DNA of 64,000 bases from an uncultured virus (IMG/VR IMGVR_UViG_3300013342_000002) (taxonomy: Duplodnaviria; Heunggongvirae; Uroviricota; Caudoviricetes), in the IMG/VR virus record IMGVR_UViG_3300013342_000002. One strand, written 5' to 3'. This document shows positions 1 through 8,408 of this stretch, piece by piece (the first letter of the stretch is position 1; every line of letters starts with the position of its first letter). The position numbers were made by a program, and so were the translations under genes. The notes under the pieces were generated by a model, which searched no databases, was not told where the DNA came from, and saw only the letters and a program-made list of their open reading frames with translations.

Positions 1-252
1 TCATTGGGCACCTCCGGCGTAACGCAGCGCCCTGCACATTTCGAGAAGGTCAGCGAAGACGAACAAGTCGTCATCGGTGATCCGGTCGCTGTCCATGTTG
101 CTCAATTGCCGATGGACGTAGTCGAAGTAGATGTTGGCCTTCAGGTCACTGTGCATTGTGTCGATCCCTGCGCAGACCTTGAGCAGCGGGGCATTGTCCT
201 GCACTGGGATCAGGCTGAACGGCTCTTCTTTGGTGAGGGGAGTGTCAGACAC
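1..252 (-). CDS. phage hypothetical protein
   Basis: 83-aa ORF overlapping the stop of the upstream gene in a leftward operon. Confidence 0.6.
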   Translation of the reverse strand: MSDTPLTKEEPFSLIPVQDNAPLLKVCAGIDTMHSDLKANIYFDYVHRQLSNMDSDRITDDDLFVFADLLEMCRALRYAGGAQ

Positions 253-628
253 GGGCGGCCTCCTTCAGCGGCTGGCGGCACACGTCCCGCTCGTTGTCAC
301 GCAGGTAGGTGAGCAGGTCCTCTGACTCGGAGAGGAGGCTTTCCATACCCAGCATGAGGCAGTCCACGGCATGCTCAGTGAGGGGGGCATACAGCACGCG
401 TTCGTCTTCCTCGCAGGTATCCCGCAGATCCTGCTTGGACGTGAAGTCGCGGCGGATCACGTCGAGGATGGCGATGGCCGCCTTCGTGTTCTGGTCGACC
501 CGGACCAAGCGGTTGGTCAGGCAGTCGGAGAGAGGGTTGTCCCTCCACATCGAGCTCAGGTAGTGCTCGCTGATCGCGAGGCGGGGGGCTGCGGCCGGCT
601 CTGCCGGGGGTACACTGTTCTTCGCCAT
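245..628 (-). CDS. phage hypothetical protein
   Basis: 127-aa ORF, AGGAAG RBS, coding-like codon use. Confidence 0.7.
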   Translation of the reverse strand: MAKNSVPPAEPAAAPRLAISEHYLSSMWRDNPLSDCLTNRLVRVDQNTKAAIAILDVIRRDFTSKQDLRDTCEEDERVLYAPLTEHAVDCLMLGMESLLSESEDLLTYLRDNERDVCRQPLKEAARV

Positions 629-651
629 GTTGGCTTCCTTGATCTGGTCGA

Positions 652-906
652 TTACGGGTGCGGCCTGGCAGACGGCTCGAGCGTTCCCGCGCTCGGGCCG
701 TCACTGTTTTTGAGGTTCCAGTCAGGCTGGAAAGTGACCGCCCGGTCCACAGAATGGGTCGACGGTGCATAGACGTGTAGTTCCGCCTTGTTCTTGTGGG
801 CGCCTCGCAGTTGTACCTGGATGCCATCACCGATGTAGACGGTCGTTCCTGCCTTCACCGTCATGACGATCGGCCTGCCGTGAGGGGTAGGTGTTTCCCT
901 ACTCAT
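652..906 (-). CDS. divergent CsrA/RsmA-family protein
   Basis: PIVMTVKAGTTVYIGDGIQVQLRGAHKNKAELHVYAPSTHSVDR aligns without gaps to CsrA residues 1-44 (IGD, AP, SVxR conserved). Confidence 0.75.
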   Translation of the reverse strand: MSRETPTPHGRPIVMTVKAGTTVYIGDGIQVQLRGAHKNKAELHVYAPSTHSVDRAVTFQPDWNLKNSDGPSAGTLEPSARPHP

Positions 907-1153
907 GTTTCAGGTTTCCTTTGTTCAGGTCCGCGTGTGAAAATGCGAAAGTCGGGGTATCTGCGTCACTCGTTGCAGCAACGCAAAGAACGACGTTCGG
1001 GTGGTGGGCGACAGCGATCTCGATCATTCGTAGCGGAACCAGCGCGACCGCTGCGCTGCCTATGGCCACCCAAGCCGCACGAAGAAGCCTAGATGATGAT
1101 CGAGTCGGCGGCGTGCCGTAACCGCGGCTCTGACAAGGGTGGCTAGGATTCAT
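899..1153 (-). CDS. small single-TM phage protein (AW..VPLR..EI..AH motif)
   Basis: Hydrophobic segment; same motif in ORF 45365-45508; overlaps neighbours. Confidence 0.6.
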   Translation of the reverse strand: MNPSHPCQSRGYGTPPTRSSSRLLRAAWVAIGSAAVALVPLRMIEIAVAHHPNVVLCVAATSDADTPTFAFSHADLNKGNLKHE

Positions 1154-1890
1154 GCCGCCGCCTTTGCCAGTTCAGCGCCAATGCGAGCGATGCCCTTGGG
1201 CGTGATCCTGGCTTGCTCAACGACCTTGTCGGTTCCGTCTTCGCGCTGGACAGTCGTGACCTTGTGGCACATGACACCCTGCTGGATTCTCTCCTGATAG
1301 GCGAGCCAGCCGCTGTGGCCCGGACGTTGGTAGACCCAGCCGTGAGCCACCAGCCAGCGCCGCAGATCTACTGGGCGCGCCTGCAGAACCTTGGCCGCGT
1401 CTCGCATGCACAGTGAGCCATCAGCCGCAGCAATCCGATGCAGCGTGGCCACCTGCGGTGCTTGCTCAGCGACCTTCTGTTCCAAGCTGATCACTTTCTC
1501 GGTGTAGGTCAGAAGCAGGCCGCGCATCGCAGTGGGATCGTTCAGGACGGCCATTGGATCGGAGGCCCGCATCTTGATCCTTTGGGCCATATCAAAGAAG
1601 GCCCTCACCAGGGACTTCTTGAACGACCGCACTATCGGGCTGTTACGCATGTACGTCAGGAGCAAGGTGGCCTGCTGCTCGTTCAGTTCTGCGTAGTCGG
1701 TGCTACCGCCTCCGTGTTGGCCGGGTGATCTTGGTCGCGTTTCAAACGCGAGCAAGCCGAACTCCTCCAGATCGGCGCGATAGCTTCGCACTAGCTCCAA
1801 GACGTTCTTGTGCTGAGTTCCGGTCCCCTCAGAAATCGCGAGGGTGGTGGTCACGGCGGTGTCGCCGCTCAGGGTTACGAGCTCTGTCAC
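1150..1890 (-). CDS. ant: antirepressor, Rha N-terminal domain + KilAC (ANT) C-terminal domain
   Basis: HKNVLELVR..LNEQQATLLLTY..FKKSLVRAF (Rha); RDAAKVL..WL...GW..AYQ..ITPKG (KilAC). Confidence 0.88.
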   Translation of the reverse strand: MTELVTLSGDTAVTTTLAISEGTGTQHKNVLELVRSYRADLEEFGLLAFETRPRSPGQHGGGSTDYAELNEQQATLLLTYMRNSPIVRSFKKSLVRAFFDMAQRIKMRASDPMAVLNDPTAMRGLLLTYTEKVISLEQKVAEQAPQVATLHRIAAADGSLCMRDAAKVLQARPVDLRRWLVAHGWVYQRPGHSGWLAYQERIQQGVMCHKVTTVQREDGTDKVVEQARITPKGIARIGAELAKAAA

Positions 1891-2063
1891 GGTGATGGCT
1901 CCTGGTTGAAGGTGCGTTCGAGCCGAGCAAGGATTTCGCCGTTAAAAGTCCGGTGGTTGCGTTCCGCTGCCTTATGGAGCAGCTCGTGTAGAGCTGGCGG
2001 CATTCGCAGGGCGGTCTTCACGTATTCGGCCTGGCCTGACTTCCTGGTCTTGGTGCTGGTCAT
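1887..2063 (-). CDS. Arc-family ribbon-helix-helix repressor
   Basis: TALRMPPALHELLHKAAERNHRTFNGEILARLE; GGAG RBS before ATG 2063. Confidence 0.85.
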   Translation of the reverse strand: MTSTKTRKSGQAEYVKTALRMPPALHELLHKAAERNHRTFNGEILARLERTFNQEPSP

Positions 2064-2080
2064 CGTCACTCCGGTTAGTG

Positions 2081-2131
2081 GCACTACCGTAGTGGCACAA
2101 ATAGGAGATCATGCCACTACGGTAGTGTCAA
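2081..2131. promoter_or_regulatory. two palindromic operators (CACTAC-N-GTAGTG) and leftward -35 TTGACA between divergent Arc-family genes
   Basis: GCACTACCGTAGTGGCA 2081-2097 and TGCCACTACGGTAGTGT 2112-2128; TGTCAA 2126-2131. Confidence 0.7.
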
Positions 2132-2165
2132 GCATTTGGTACTAGTTCAGTGGCAGAATTACGGC

Positions 2166-2573
2166 ATGGCTACTGACGACCTTGTTCGCACCCAGATCCG
2201 GCTCCCTTCCGAACTCCACAAGCGCTTGGTGGACTCGGCGGATCAGGCCGGAAGATCGGTTAACGCTGAGATGGTCTTTCGGCTCGAAAGTACTTATCCG
2301 GCGTCCTTGGAGGTGCAGCTCATCACGGCACGCCGCGATGATCTCGCCCGCCTTGACGCGGAGAATCAGGCGATCAATAGCCAGATCGCGGATCTGAATA
2401 TTCAGCTTTCGCAACCCAGCAAGAAGAAGATCCGGGGCCAAATTCAGGAAGCAATTGCATCGCTTGGCCGTAGGCAGCTGGCCATCAGGAGTCTTCGTCT
2501 GACTACCGAAATTGAGATTGAAAAGCTGCTGAAGTTGGCGCAGGCAGAAGCCGGAGAGCAAGCCGAAAGCTGA
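2166..2573 (+). CDS. Arc/Mnt-like repressor with C-terminal coiled coil
   Basis: RTQIRLPSELHKRLVDSADQAGRSVNAEMVFRLE followed by heptad-rich helix. Confidence 0.85.
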   Translation: MATDDLVRTQIRLPSELHKRLVDSADQAGRSVNAEMVFRLESTYPASLEVQLITARRDDLARLDAENQAINSQIADLNIQLSQPSKKKIRGQIQEAIASLGRRQLAIRSLRLTTEIEIEKLLKLAQAEAGEQAES

Positions 2574-2647
2574 GTTCACGCCGGCGGCCTCCCATCACGC
2601 GCCACCCATGTCATGATCCGCTCCGGGACTACGGATAGGGGGATCCC

Positions 2648-2968
2648 ATGACTAGGAAGACCGTCAGCATTTTGCTTATCGTGTTTGTTGTGTTGGCTGT
2701 CGTGATCTACACGCAGCTCACGATCTTCGTCATCCAGCCCATCGGTGCTATTCCCGAGGGCAAAACGCTGATCATCCTTCGGCTCAACAAGACCGAGTTC
2801 ATCGACAGCGCCGATGCAATGTGCGAGCGAGAAATGGGCGGCGTGTCGCTGTTGTGCCGCATGGGGATGATGGCTGGGGTCGCGAACAACAGCAAAGTCC
2901 TGCTCCGCTTGCCATACAGCCAGGCGCTCTACGACATCTCCACGGGCGGCAAGAGTTACGACCGCTGA
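2648..2968 (+). CDS. membrane-anchored hypothetical protein (moron)
   Basis: N-terminal TM, two Cys, own RBS (AGGGGGA), opposite to early-left direction. Confidence 0.75.
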   Translation: MTRKTVSILLIVFVVLAVVIYTQLTIFVIQPIGAIPEGKTLIILRLNKTEFIDSADAMCEREMGGVSLLCRMGMMAGVANNSKVLLRLPYSQALYDISTGGKSYDR

Positions 2969-3093
2969 AGGCGGTCTGCGGCGAGCATCTGCTTGGAGCT
3001 TGTGGGCCTGGGGACAGCTGCTTCGGCAGCTTTCCACGAGAGACTTCATTGGTTCACCCCATCGATCGGCCGTTGCCAACATGGGGCTAACAT

Positions 3094-3160
3094 ACAATTA
3101 TAATTGTGGATCAATCAACAATAATTGTTGTTGATGGCTGGAAATCACCATTTCTGTTGT
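3094..3160. promoter_or_regulatory. OL-type operators, three 14-bp AC(A/C)A-N6-TTGT sites
   Basis: ACAATTATAATTGT 3094-3107, ACAATAATTGTTGT 3118-3131, ACCATTTCTGTTGT 3147-3160. Confidence 0.8.
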
Positions 3161-3183
3161 GGAACGATGGCCGCGGCCAAAAG

Positions 3184-3204
3184 AAAAACCCCGCCAAAGC
3201 GGGG
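3184..3204 (-). terminator. intrinsic terminator of cI operon
   Basis: CCCCGC-N4-GCGGGG stem followed by U-run on minus strand. Confidence 0.7.
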
Positions 3205-3232
3205 CTATTCGGGAATGCCGGTTAAGACTTCG

Positions 3233-3553
3233 CTAGATCCAGCCAAAACCCTTGGCCATCAATCCAGCAAGCCCCAGAGCAACGGTGATCAAGGCGCCAA
3301 AGAGCAATCGGAAGTCAGTCCTGGCCTCTGCCCTAATCGCCCGGAACTCGCCGTTCACATCTTTGCCAAACGTGTTGAGCTGATCGGCCATCTTCTTAAG
3401 GTCAGTACGAACCTCAGCCACGTCCCGCTGGACATACTCTAAGGTTGACTCCAGCTTGGCGACTCTGGCTTCCATACCGCCATCATGGGGTGGACCGCCT
3501 CCGGTTTCAACCGGACCGCCAGATGCCCATGGTCCATGTTTGACGTTGGTCAT
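3233..3553 (-). CDS. coiled-coil protein with C-terminal TM (start may be 3475)
   Basis: MEARVAKLESTLEYVQRDV.. heptads then LLFGALITVALGLAGLM. Confidence 0.75.
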   Translation of the reverse strand: MTNVKHGPWASGGPVETGGGPPHDGGMEARVAKLESTLEYVQRDVAEVRTDLKKMADQLNTFGKDVNGEFRAIRAEARTDFRLLFGALITVALGLAGLMAKGFGWI

Positions 3554-3861
3554 GTGTTGGCATTGCTCCGTGGGTTCGCCTTAACCCATTGCACCGCCTG
3601 ATAGGCGGAGTGGATACGTGAGTAGCCGCAAACTGCGCATGTCACCATAAAAACCGGAACATGATTGGTCCCTACGCTCCCGTCCTCCTTGCTTGTTCGG
3701 ATCGCGAGAATCTCTTTGTCGTCCGGCGGGAACATGTTCACATTCCACTCGGATTTGCCGCATACGTTGCAAACGCCTGGTCCTCCGAACGTTTGCAGAA
3801 ATCTCCGAATGTCGGCTTCGGTCAGTAGTACATCGAAGACACGAACTTCTAGGTCGCTCAT
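3550..3861 (-). CDS. Zn-ribbon protein coupled to cI
   Basis: CNVC...CAVCGY; TAATG overlap with cI stop. Confidence 0.75.
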   Translation of the reverse strand: MSDLEVRVFDVLLTEADIRRFLQTFGGPGVCNVCGKSEWNVNMFPPDDKEILAIRTSKEDGSVGTNHVPVFMVTCAVCGYSRIHSAYQAVQWVKANPRSNANT

Positions 3862-4547
3862 TAGTCCGCCCATCCCCCAATCCAATGGACACGGCCAACG
3901 ACCGTGATCGGTTCCCGCTTGGAGTCCATCCGGCGGGGCTTCTGCCACTGGTGGTCACCCTTCGGGTTGTCGCTTGCGAAGAATACAGTGCCATCCAGCA
4001 CCATTGCTCGCTTCACGTAGTACTCCGGGTTGGCGGCGCCGTGCACCTGGATCAGGTACATCAGCCCATCGACCACTCGGGTGTCTGAAGTGTCGAACAG
4101 GATCGCATCGCCGTCCTCGATGGTGGGTTCCATCGAGTCGCCCTTGCCGTAATAGATGGCTAGGTTACGCCCGTAGATGCCACGCCGCCGCAGGCTGGTC
4201 TTCTTAAACTTCAGGCTGTGAGTCTCGGCGTACTCCTCTGCCTCGGCACCTGCAGCCCCTAGGCCAACAGCCTGGGAGTAGCCGGTGACGTCGGTGTATT
4301 CGTTGTCGTCCGCCTGAGGCCCCTGAGGCGGCGCTCCGAGCATGTCGCCCACACCTAGTGCCAGCCAGAGTGGGTCCACGTCCAGTGACCGGGCAATCTC
4401 GGCAAGTGCGCCGGTTTTCTTGGCCTTGCCGGACTCCAACTGGGCAATGGCCTGCTGGGAAATCCCCACAGACTTGGCGAGGGCGGTTTGAGACAGGCCG
4501 GAGCGCTCGCGCGCTGCAACCAATCGCTCAGCAAGGGTCGTATCCAT
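3861..4547 (-). CDS. cI: CI repressor (XRE HTH + S24 peptidase)
   Basis: HTH GISQQAIAQLESGK (434-like); GDSM and VKR catalytic motifs. Confidence 0.95.
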   Translation of the reverse strand: MDTTLAERLVAARERSGLSQTALAKSVGISQQAIAQLESGKAKKTGALAEIARSLDVDPLWLALGVGDMLGAPPQGPQADDNEYTDVTGYSQAVGLGAAGAEAEEYAETHSLKFKKTSLRRRGIYGRNLAIYYGKGDSMEPTIEDGDAILFDTSDTRVVDGLMYLIQVHGAANPEYYVKRAMVLDGTVFFASDNPKGDHQWQKPRRMDSKREPITVVGRVHWIGGWAD

Positions 4548-4559
4548 ACCGGGAGCGTG

Positions 4560-4616
4560 ACCATCCTTGTTGTGATCGTCAAACAATTATAGTTGTTACT
4601 CCACAGGAAAAGTAGT
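4560..4616. promoter_or_regulatory. OR-type operators between cI and cro
   Basis: ACCATCCTTGTTGT 4560-4573, ACAATTATAGTTGT 4583-4596, ACAGGAAAAGTAGT 4603-4616. Confidence 0.75.
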
Positions 4617-4629
4617 AGCCTCCCTGGCT

Positions 4630-4932
4630 ATGAGCGAACCTCTTCAACACCTAAGGGCGGCGGTTGCCGCAGCTGGAGGCCAGAAAGCCCTTGCGGACCT
4701 GATTACCGCACTGGGGCATCCCACCCGGCAGGGGCACGTCTGGAGCTGGCTGAATCTCCAGAGTGGTTTGACCCCGCCTTACCTAGCTCCGCTGGTCGAG
4801 GCGGCGACGGGCGTCAATTGCGAGCTTCTCCGCCCGGATCTGCGTTGGGACCGGGATACCGAGGGGAGGGTGATCGCGTACGGCGTGACGTTGCAGCCAG
4901 TGGCGCCTGGAAAGAGCAGGGCAAAGCAGTAG
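4630..4932 (+). CDS. cro: Cro/YdaS-like regulator
   Basis: GGQKALA..RQGHVWSWL..VEAATGVNCELLRPDL; divergent from cI. Confidence 0.88.
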   Translation: MSEPLQHLRAAVAAAGGQKALADLITALGHPTRQGHVWSWLNLQSGLTPPYLAPLVEAATGVNCELLRPDLRWDRDTEGRVIAYGVTLQPVAPGKSRAKQ

Positions 4933-5202
4933 CGGCTGGCCGGCGGCACCGAACGAAAAGCTCGCCCGAAGGATCGGGCGCGAGGGGGCAAGGACGGCGA
5001 CCACCCTGCATGTGGAAGTGGCCATGCAGGTGTCTGGCGCTACGAGCGTGGCGCGCTCGGGGGACAACCCAATGTCCAGATACAACGAAGCCCCCGCTGT
5101 CGGGCAGACAGATGCGGAGGCTTCGTTCAGAGCGAGGCCACTATGCCACACGCAACTTCTCGGGAAAACCCGAAGTCCGGTCCGCGCCACATCAGCGCGG
5201 TC

Positions 5203-5478
5203 ATGAACGATGCCGTTGAGAAGATCAGGGAGCGTCAGGCGAGGCCATTGGTCCGCCTGCAGGAGCGCTTGCCTGACGGCCGCATTGCCGTGGAGGTCTA
5301 CGACCGCAGCCGTCGGGGAGATGAGCCTACCTATGACTTCTACTGCTCGGGCCCACAGCAGGCGCTGGAGTGGATCCAGCAGATGTCCAGCAAGCGCTGG
5401 GTCACCACGGAGCATCTGGGGGCCTTCGCTACCTTGATGCTTGCCGCGTTCCCGGAAGTATCGGGGGCTTCGGCATGA
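5203..5478 (+). CDS. hypothetical protein
   Basis: ATGA overlap with initiator gene. Confidence 0.65.
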   Translation: MNDAVEKIRERQARPLVRLQERLPDGRIAVEVYDRSRRGDEPTYDFYCSGPQQALEWIQQMSSKRWVTTEHLGAFATLMLAAFPEVSGASA

Positions 5479-6218
5479 GCTTTGAGGCGATGGCCTGGGC
5501 GGTGAAGTGGAAGCTGCCGGCCCAGCAGAAGCTGGTCCTGATCATGCTGGCCAACCGCACAAATGCGGATACAGGTCGCTGCGATCCTTCCCACAAGAAG
5601 CTCGCTGCTGATTGCGGAATGAGTGCCGATTCTGTGAAGCGTGCGATCTCGGGTCTCGAGTCCGCCGGCCTTCTTACCATCATCCGTAGGACCCGTGAGG
5701 GCGTGAGCTTGCCTAATCATTACACCCTTCATTTGGGGGTGGTGGGTGCTGACAGCACCGACGGGTGGGTGCACACAGCACCCAGGGTGGGTGCTGACAG
5801 CACTACAAAACAGGAATCTAAACAGGAAGTAGAAACAGACTCGTCGCCTGACGACGACATGGATGCCGATGAGGGAGAAGAAGGTCAGAAGGATCTGCGC
5901 GGAGCTAAGCCGGTCAGTGGCTGCCCACATGAAGCGATCATCGCTGCCTACCACAAGGAACTGCCGAACTGTCCTGAGGTGCGAGGGTGGAGCAAGAAGC
6001 GGCAGGACCATCTGCGTGCGCGCTGGAAGGAAGAACCGTGCCGGCAATCCGTGGAGTGGTGGCGCGGCCTGTTCGAGTGGATGAAGGAGAGCGACTGGCT
6101 AATGGGCAAGTCCGGTAGCTTCCTCGTCTCCCTCCCGTGGCTGATCAAGTCCGAGGAAAACCTACTGAAGGTCGTCGAGGGCACTTACCACAACAACCGA
6201 AAAGGGGAGCAGGGCTGA
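5475..6218 (+). CDS. replication initiator (N-terminal winged HTH)
   Basis: MSFEAMAWA..KLVLIMLAN..PSHKKLAADCGMS; internal iterons; precedes DnaB. Confidence 0.88.
   Translation: MSFEAMAWAVKWKLPAQQKLVLIMLANRTNADTGRCDPSHKKLAADCGMSADSVKRAISGLESAGLLTIIRRTREGVSLPNHYTLHLGVVGADSTDGWVHTAPRVGADSTTKQESKQEVETDSSPDDDMDADEGEEGQKDLRGAKPVSGCPHEAIIAAYHKELPNCPEVRGWSKKRQDHLRARWKEEPCRQSVEWWRGLFEWMKESDWLMGKSGSFLVSLPWLIKSEENLLKVVEGTYHNNRKGEQG
5741..5804 (+). repeat. three 19-bp iterons, putative origin
   Basis: GGTGGGTGC(TG/AC)ACAGCAC(C/T) at 5741, 5764, 5786, followed by A-rich AAACAGGAA repeats. Confidence 0.8.
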
Positions 6219-7651
6219 TGCGCTTTGACCCCAACCTTCCGCCGCATAGCGTTGAGGCGGAGCAGGCCGTCCTAGGTGGCCTGATGCTGGCTCCCGAGGC
6301 GTGGCCGCTGGTGTCGGACACACTGTCCGCCGAGGACTTCTACCGTCACGATCACCGGCTGATCTTCGAATCGATTCGCACACTGGCGGAGAAGCGGCGC
6401 CCGTTCGACGCGGTGACCATCGGCGAGTGGTTTGAGTCGCGCGGGAAGCTGGACTTGGTCGGTGATGGCACTTACATCACGGAGCTGGCCAGAACGACGC
6501 CGTCGGCTGCCAACGTGGCTGCGTATGCGGAAATCGTGGTGCAGTACGCCGGCCGGCGACGACTGGCCGAGGTCGGCCGCAAGGCGATCGAGTCTGCCCG
6601 GCAGCAGGATGGCCGCGAGTTCCCTGAGCTTCTGGCGGAGCTTACGCAGGACATCGCCGGGCTGCAGCCGGCCCAGCGCGGCGGTCTTCGGCTTGCCGGA
6701 GAGACGATGGTCGGATGGTGGAAGCGGTGGCAGGATCGCTACCACTCGGGCGCCGCTTTGACAGGGCTTGAGTCGCCCTGGGTGGAGTTCAACCGGGTGA
6801 CCCATGGGCTGCAACCGTCGACGGCGTATCTAATTGCTGGCCGGCCCAGCATGGGCAAGAGTATCGCGGCCCTGAACCTTGCCGTATTCAACGCATTGCG
6901 CGGCGTGACCGTCGGCATGTTCAGCCTGGAAATGAGCATCGATGATTGCCACAACCGCAACGTCGCAAGCGTAGGTCGTATTCCTCACGACTGGGTGATC
7001 AAGCCATCTGCCACGTGCGAGGACAGCGAGCTCTACTTGGACCGGATGACTCCGACGATCCGTGATCTCAAGGCGGCGCAGCTTTACATCGATGACACTG
7101 CCTCGATCAACGTGCGCCAGTTCGAGGCACGCGCCCGGCGTATGCATCAGCGCACACCATTGCAGCTTCTGGTGCTCGACCATATCCACGACTTCGATGT
7201 TGATCCTCGCATGGCCCGCTTCGAGTACGGCCGTATCCTGCAGAAGGGCAAGGATCTGGCCAAAGAGTGGAAGATCCCACTGGTGGCCCTGGCTCAGCTG
7301 AATCGCAGCGTCACGGGGCGGAACGAGAAGCGGCCGACGCTGTCAGACCTGCGCGAATCGGGCGAGCTGGAGCAGAAGGCCGATGTTGTGGTGCTGCTGC
7401 ACCGGGAGGACTACTACGACACTCCCGAGCAGAAGACCCATCTGCAGGGTGTCGTCGAGATGCACTTCGCGAAGGGTCGAAACATCCGTGCCGGCGAGCG
7501 GATCAGCCTGCAGAACCGCTTCGATCAGATGCGGATCGACAATTGGGACGGGCCGATGCCGCGTAAACCGGAGGCGGCGAACGACGATCAACCGCCGCGC
7601 CGGACCAGCTATGGCGCGGGCCGTAAGTCCTACGGGGGGATCGGTCGATGA
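6218..7651 (+). CDS. dnaB: replicative DNA helicase
   Basis: PPHSVEAEQAVLG; Walker A GRPSMGKS; QLNR; SDLRESGELEQKAD. Confidence 0.95.
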   Translation: MRFDPNLPPHSVEAEQAVLGGLMLAPEAWPLVSDTLSAEDFYRHDHRLIFESIRTLAEKRRPFDAVTIGEWFESRGKLDLVGDGTYITELARTTPSAANVAAYAEIVVQYAGRRRLAEVGRKAIESARQQDGREFPELLAELTQDIAGLQPAQRGGLRLAGETMVGWWKRWQDRYHSGAALTGLESPWVEFNRVTHGLQPSTAYLIAGRPSMGKSIAALNLAVFNALRGVTVGMFSLEMSIDDCHNRNVASVGRIPHDWVIKPSATCEDSELYLDRMTPTIRDLKAAQLYIDDTASINVRQFEARARRMHQRTPLQLLVLDHIHDFDVDPRMARFEYGRILQKGKDLAKEWKIPLVALAQLNRSVTGRNEKRPTLSDLRESGELEQKADVVVLLHREDYYDTPEQKTHLQGVVEMHFAKGRNIRAGERISLQNRFDQMRIDNWDGPMPRKPEAANDDQPPRRTSYGAGRKSYGGIGR

Positions 7652-7866
7652 CCTTCATCCCAACAGGGTCACAAGCGCTCAGGCATTTCGCCGACACCCT
7701 CGACCAGCAGGCCCAAAGGCTCGACCGCCTGCTGTGGCGTGATCGCGGCCAGCGTTCAACCACCGCCGAGGCTTACCGTCTGTCGGCCTCGCTCGCCCGG
7801 CAGCAGGCTTCGAAGCTGGAGCTGTTGGAACGGCAGGCAGCTGCGCTCACTGGAGGCTGGAAATGA
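7648..7866 (+). CDS. hypothetical protein
   Basis: ATGA-coupled on both sides. Confidence 0.65.
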   Translation: MTFIPTGSQALRHFADTLDQQAQRLDRLLWRDRGQRSTTAEAYRLSASLARQQASKLELLERQAAALTGGWK

Positions 7867-8408
7867 CCTTGTCGCTGAAAGAGCAGTTGAAACATTGGGG
7901 TCACTACCAGGAACACCGGTTCTGTGCCCCTTTGGATCCTGAGGATGTGCCGAGCAAGGCAGAGCACCCTCTGGCCCGTGCGCAGCAGTTTGCGCCGGGG
8001 GCGAAGAGGGAGTGGGCGCCGCCACCGCGTGATGGCCATGACCGGCGAATGCTTATGGGGGCAGCTGTCGGCCTTGTGAGTCGAAATGGCGTCTTGCTGC
8101 CCGTGGCCCAGTGGGCAGTAGACCCGATTCCGTGTTCTGAAACCCTGTCGATGGTCTCGCGGTCGCCTACTGCCGCCGTCATGGTCGGATCGCCGGACGA
8201 GTACCGATGGATCGACCGCGCGCTGTCCGACCTCTACCGGCAGAACATGGTCCGCGCTCTGGTGGTGCTGGAGGAGTTCACCGGCCGCGGTAGCCAGGCT
8301 AGGCGGGCGGAGATAGTGGCCAAGAAGCTGGGCGGCACGTTCACCAAGTGGCAGTACCGGAAAGAGCTGGACAAGGCCATGGCATTCATGGAGGCACGGC
8401 GCGCATGA
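7863..8408 (+). CDS. putative late regulator (Q-like antiterminator)
   Basis: Position after replication genes; LKHWG N-terminus and C-terminal HTH-like segment. Confidence 0.5.
   Translation: MTLSLKEQLKHWGHYQEHRFCAPLDPEDVPSKAEHPLARAQQFAPGAKREWAPPPRDGHDRRMLMGAAVGLVSRNGVLLPVAQWAVDPIPCSETLSMVSRSPTAAVMVGSPDEYRWIDRALSDLYRQNMVRALVVLEEFTGRGSQARRAEIVAKKLGGTFTKWQYRKELDKAMAFMEARRA

Noticed and set aside
899..1153. Ash-family gene or C4-type antisense RNA next to the antirepressor
   Set aside because: The ORF is better explained as a TM peptide homologous to 45365-45508; no C4-like paired elements recognised
2576..3097. 173-aa minus-strand gene downstream of PL
   Set aside because: Mostly antisense to 2648-2968; at most the first ~28 codons from ATG 3049 could be a relic
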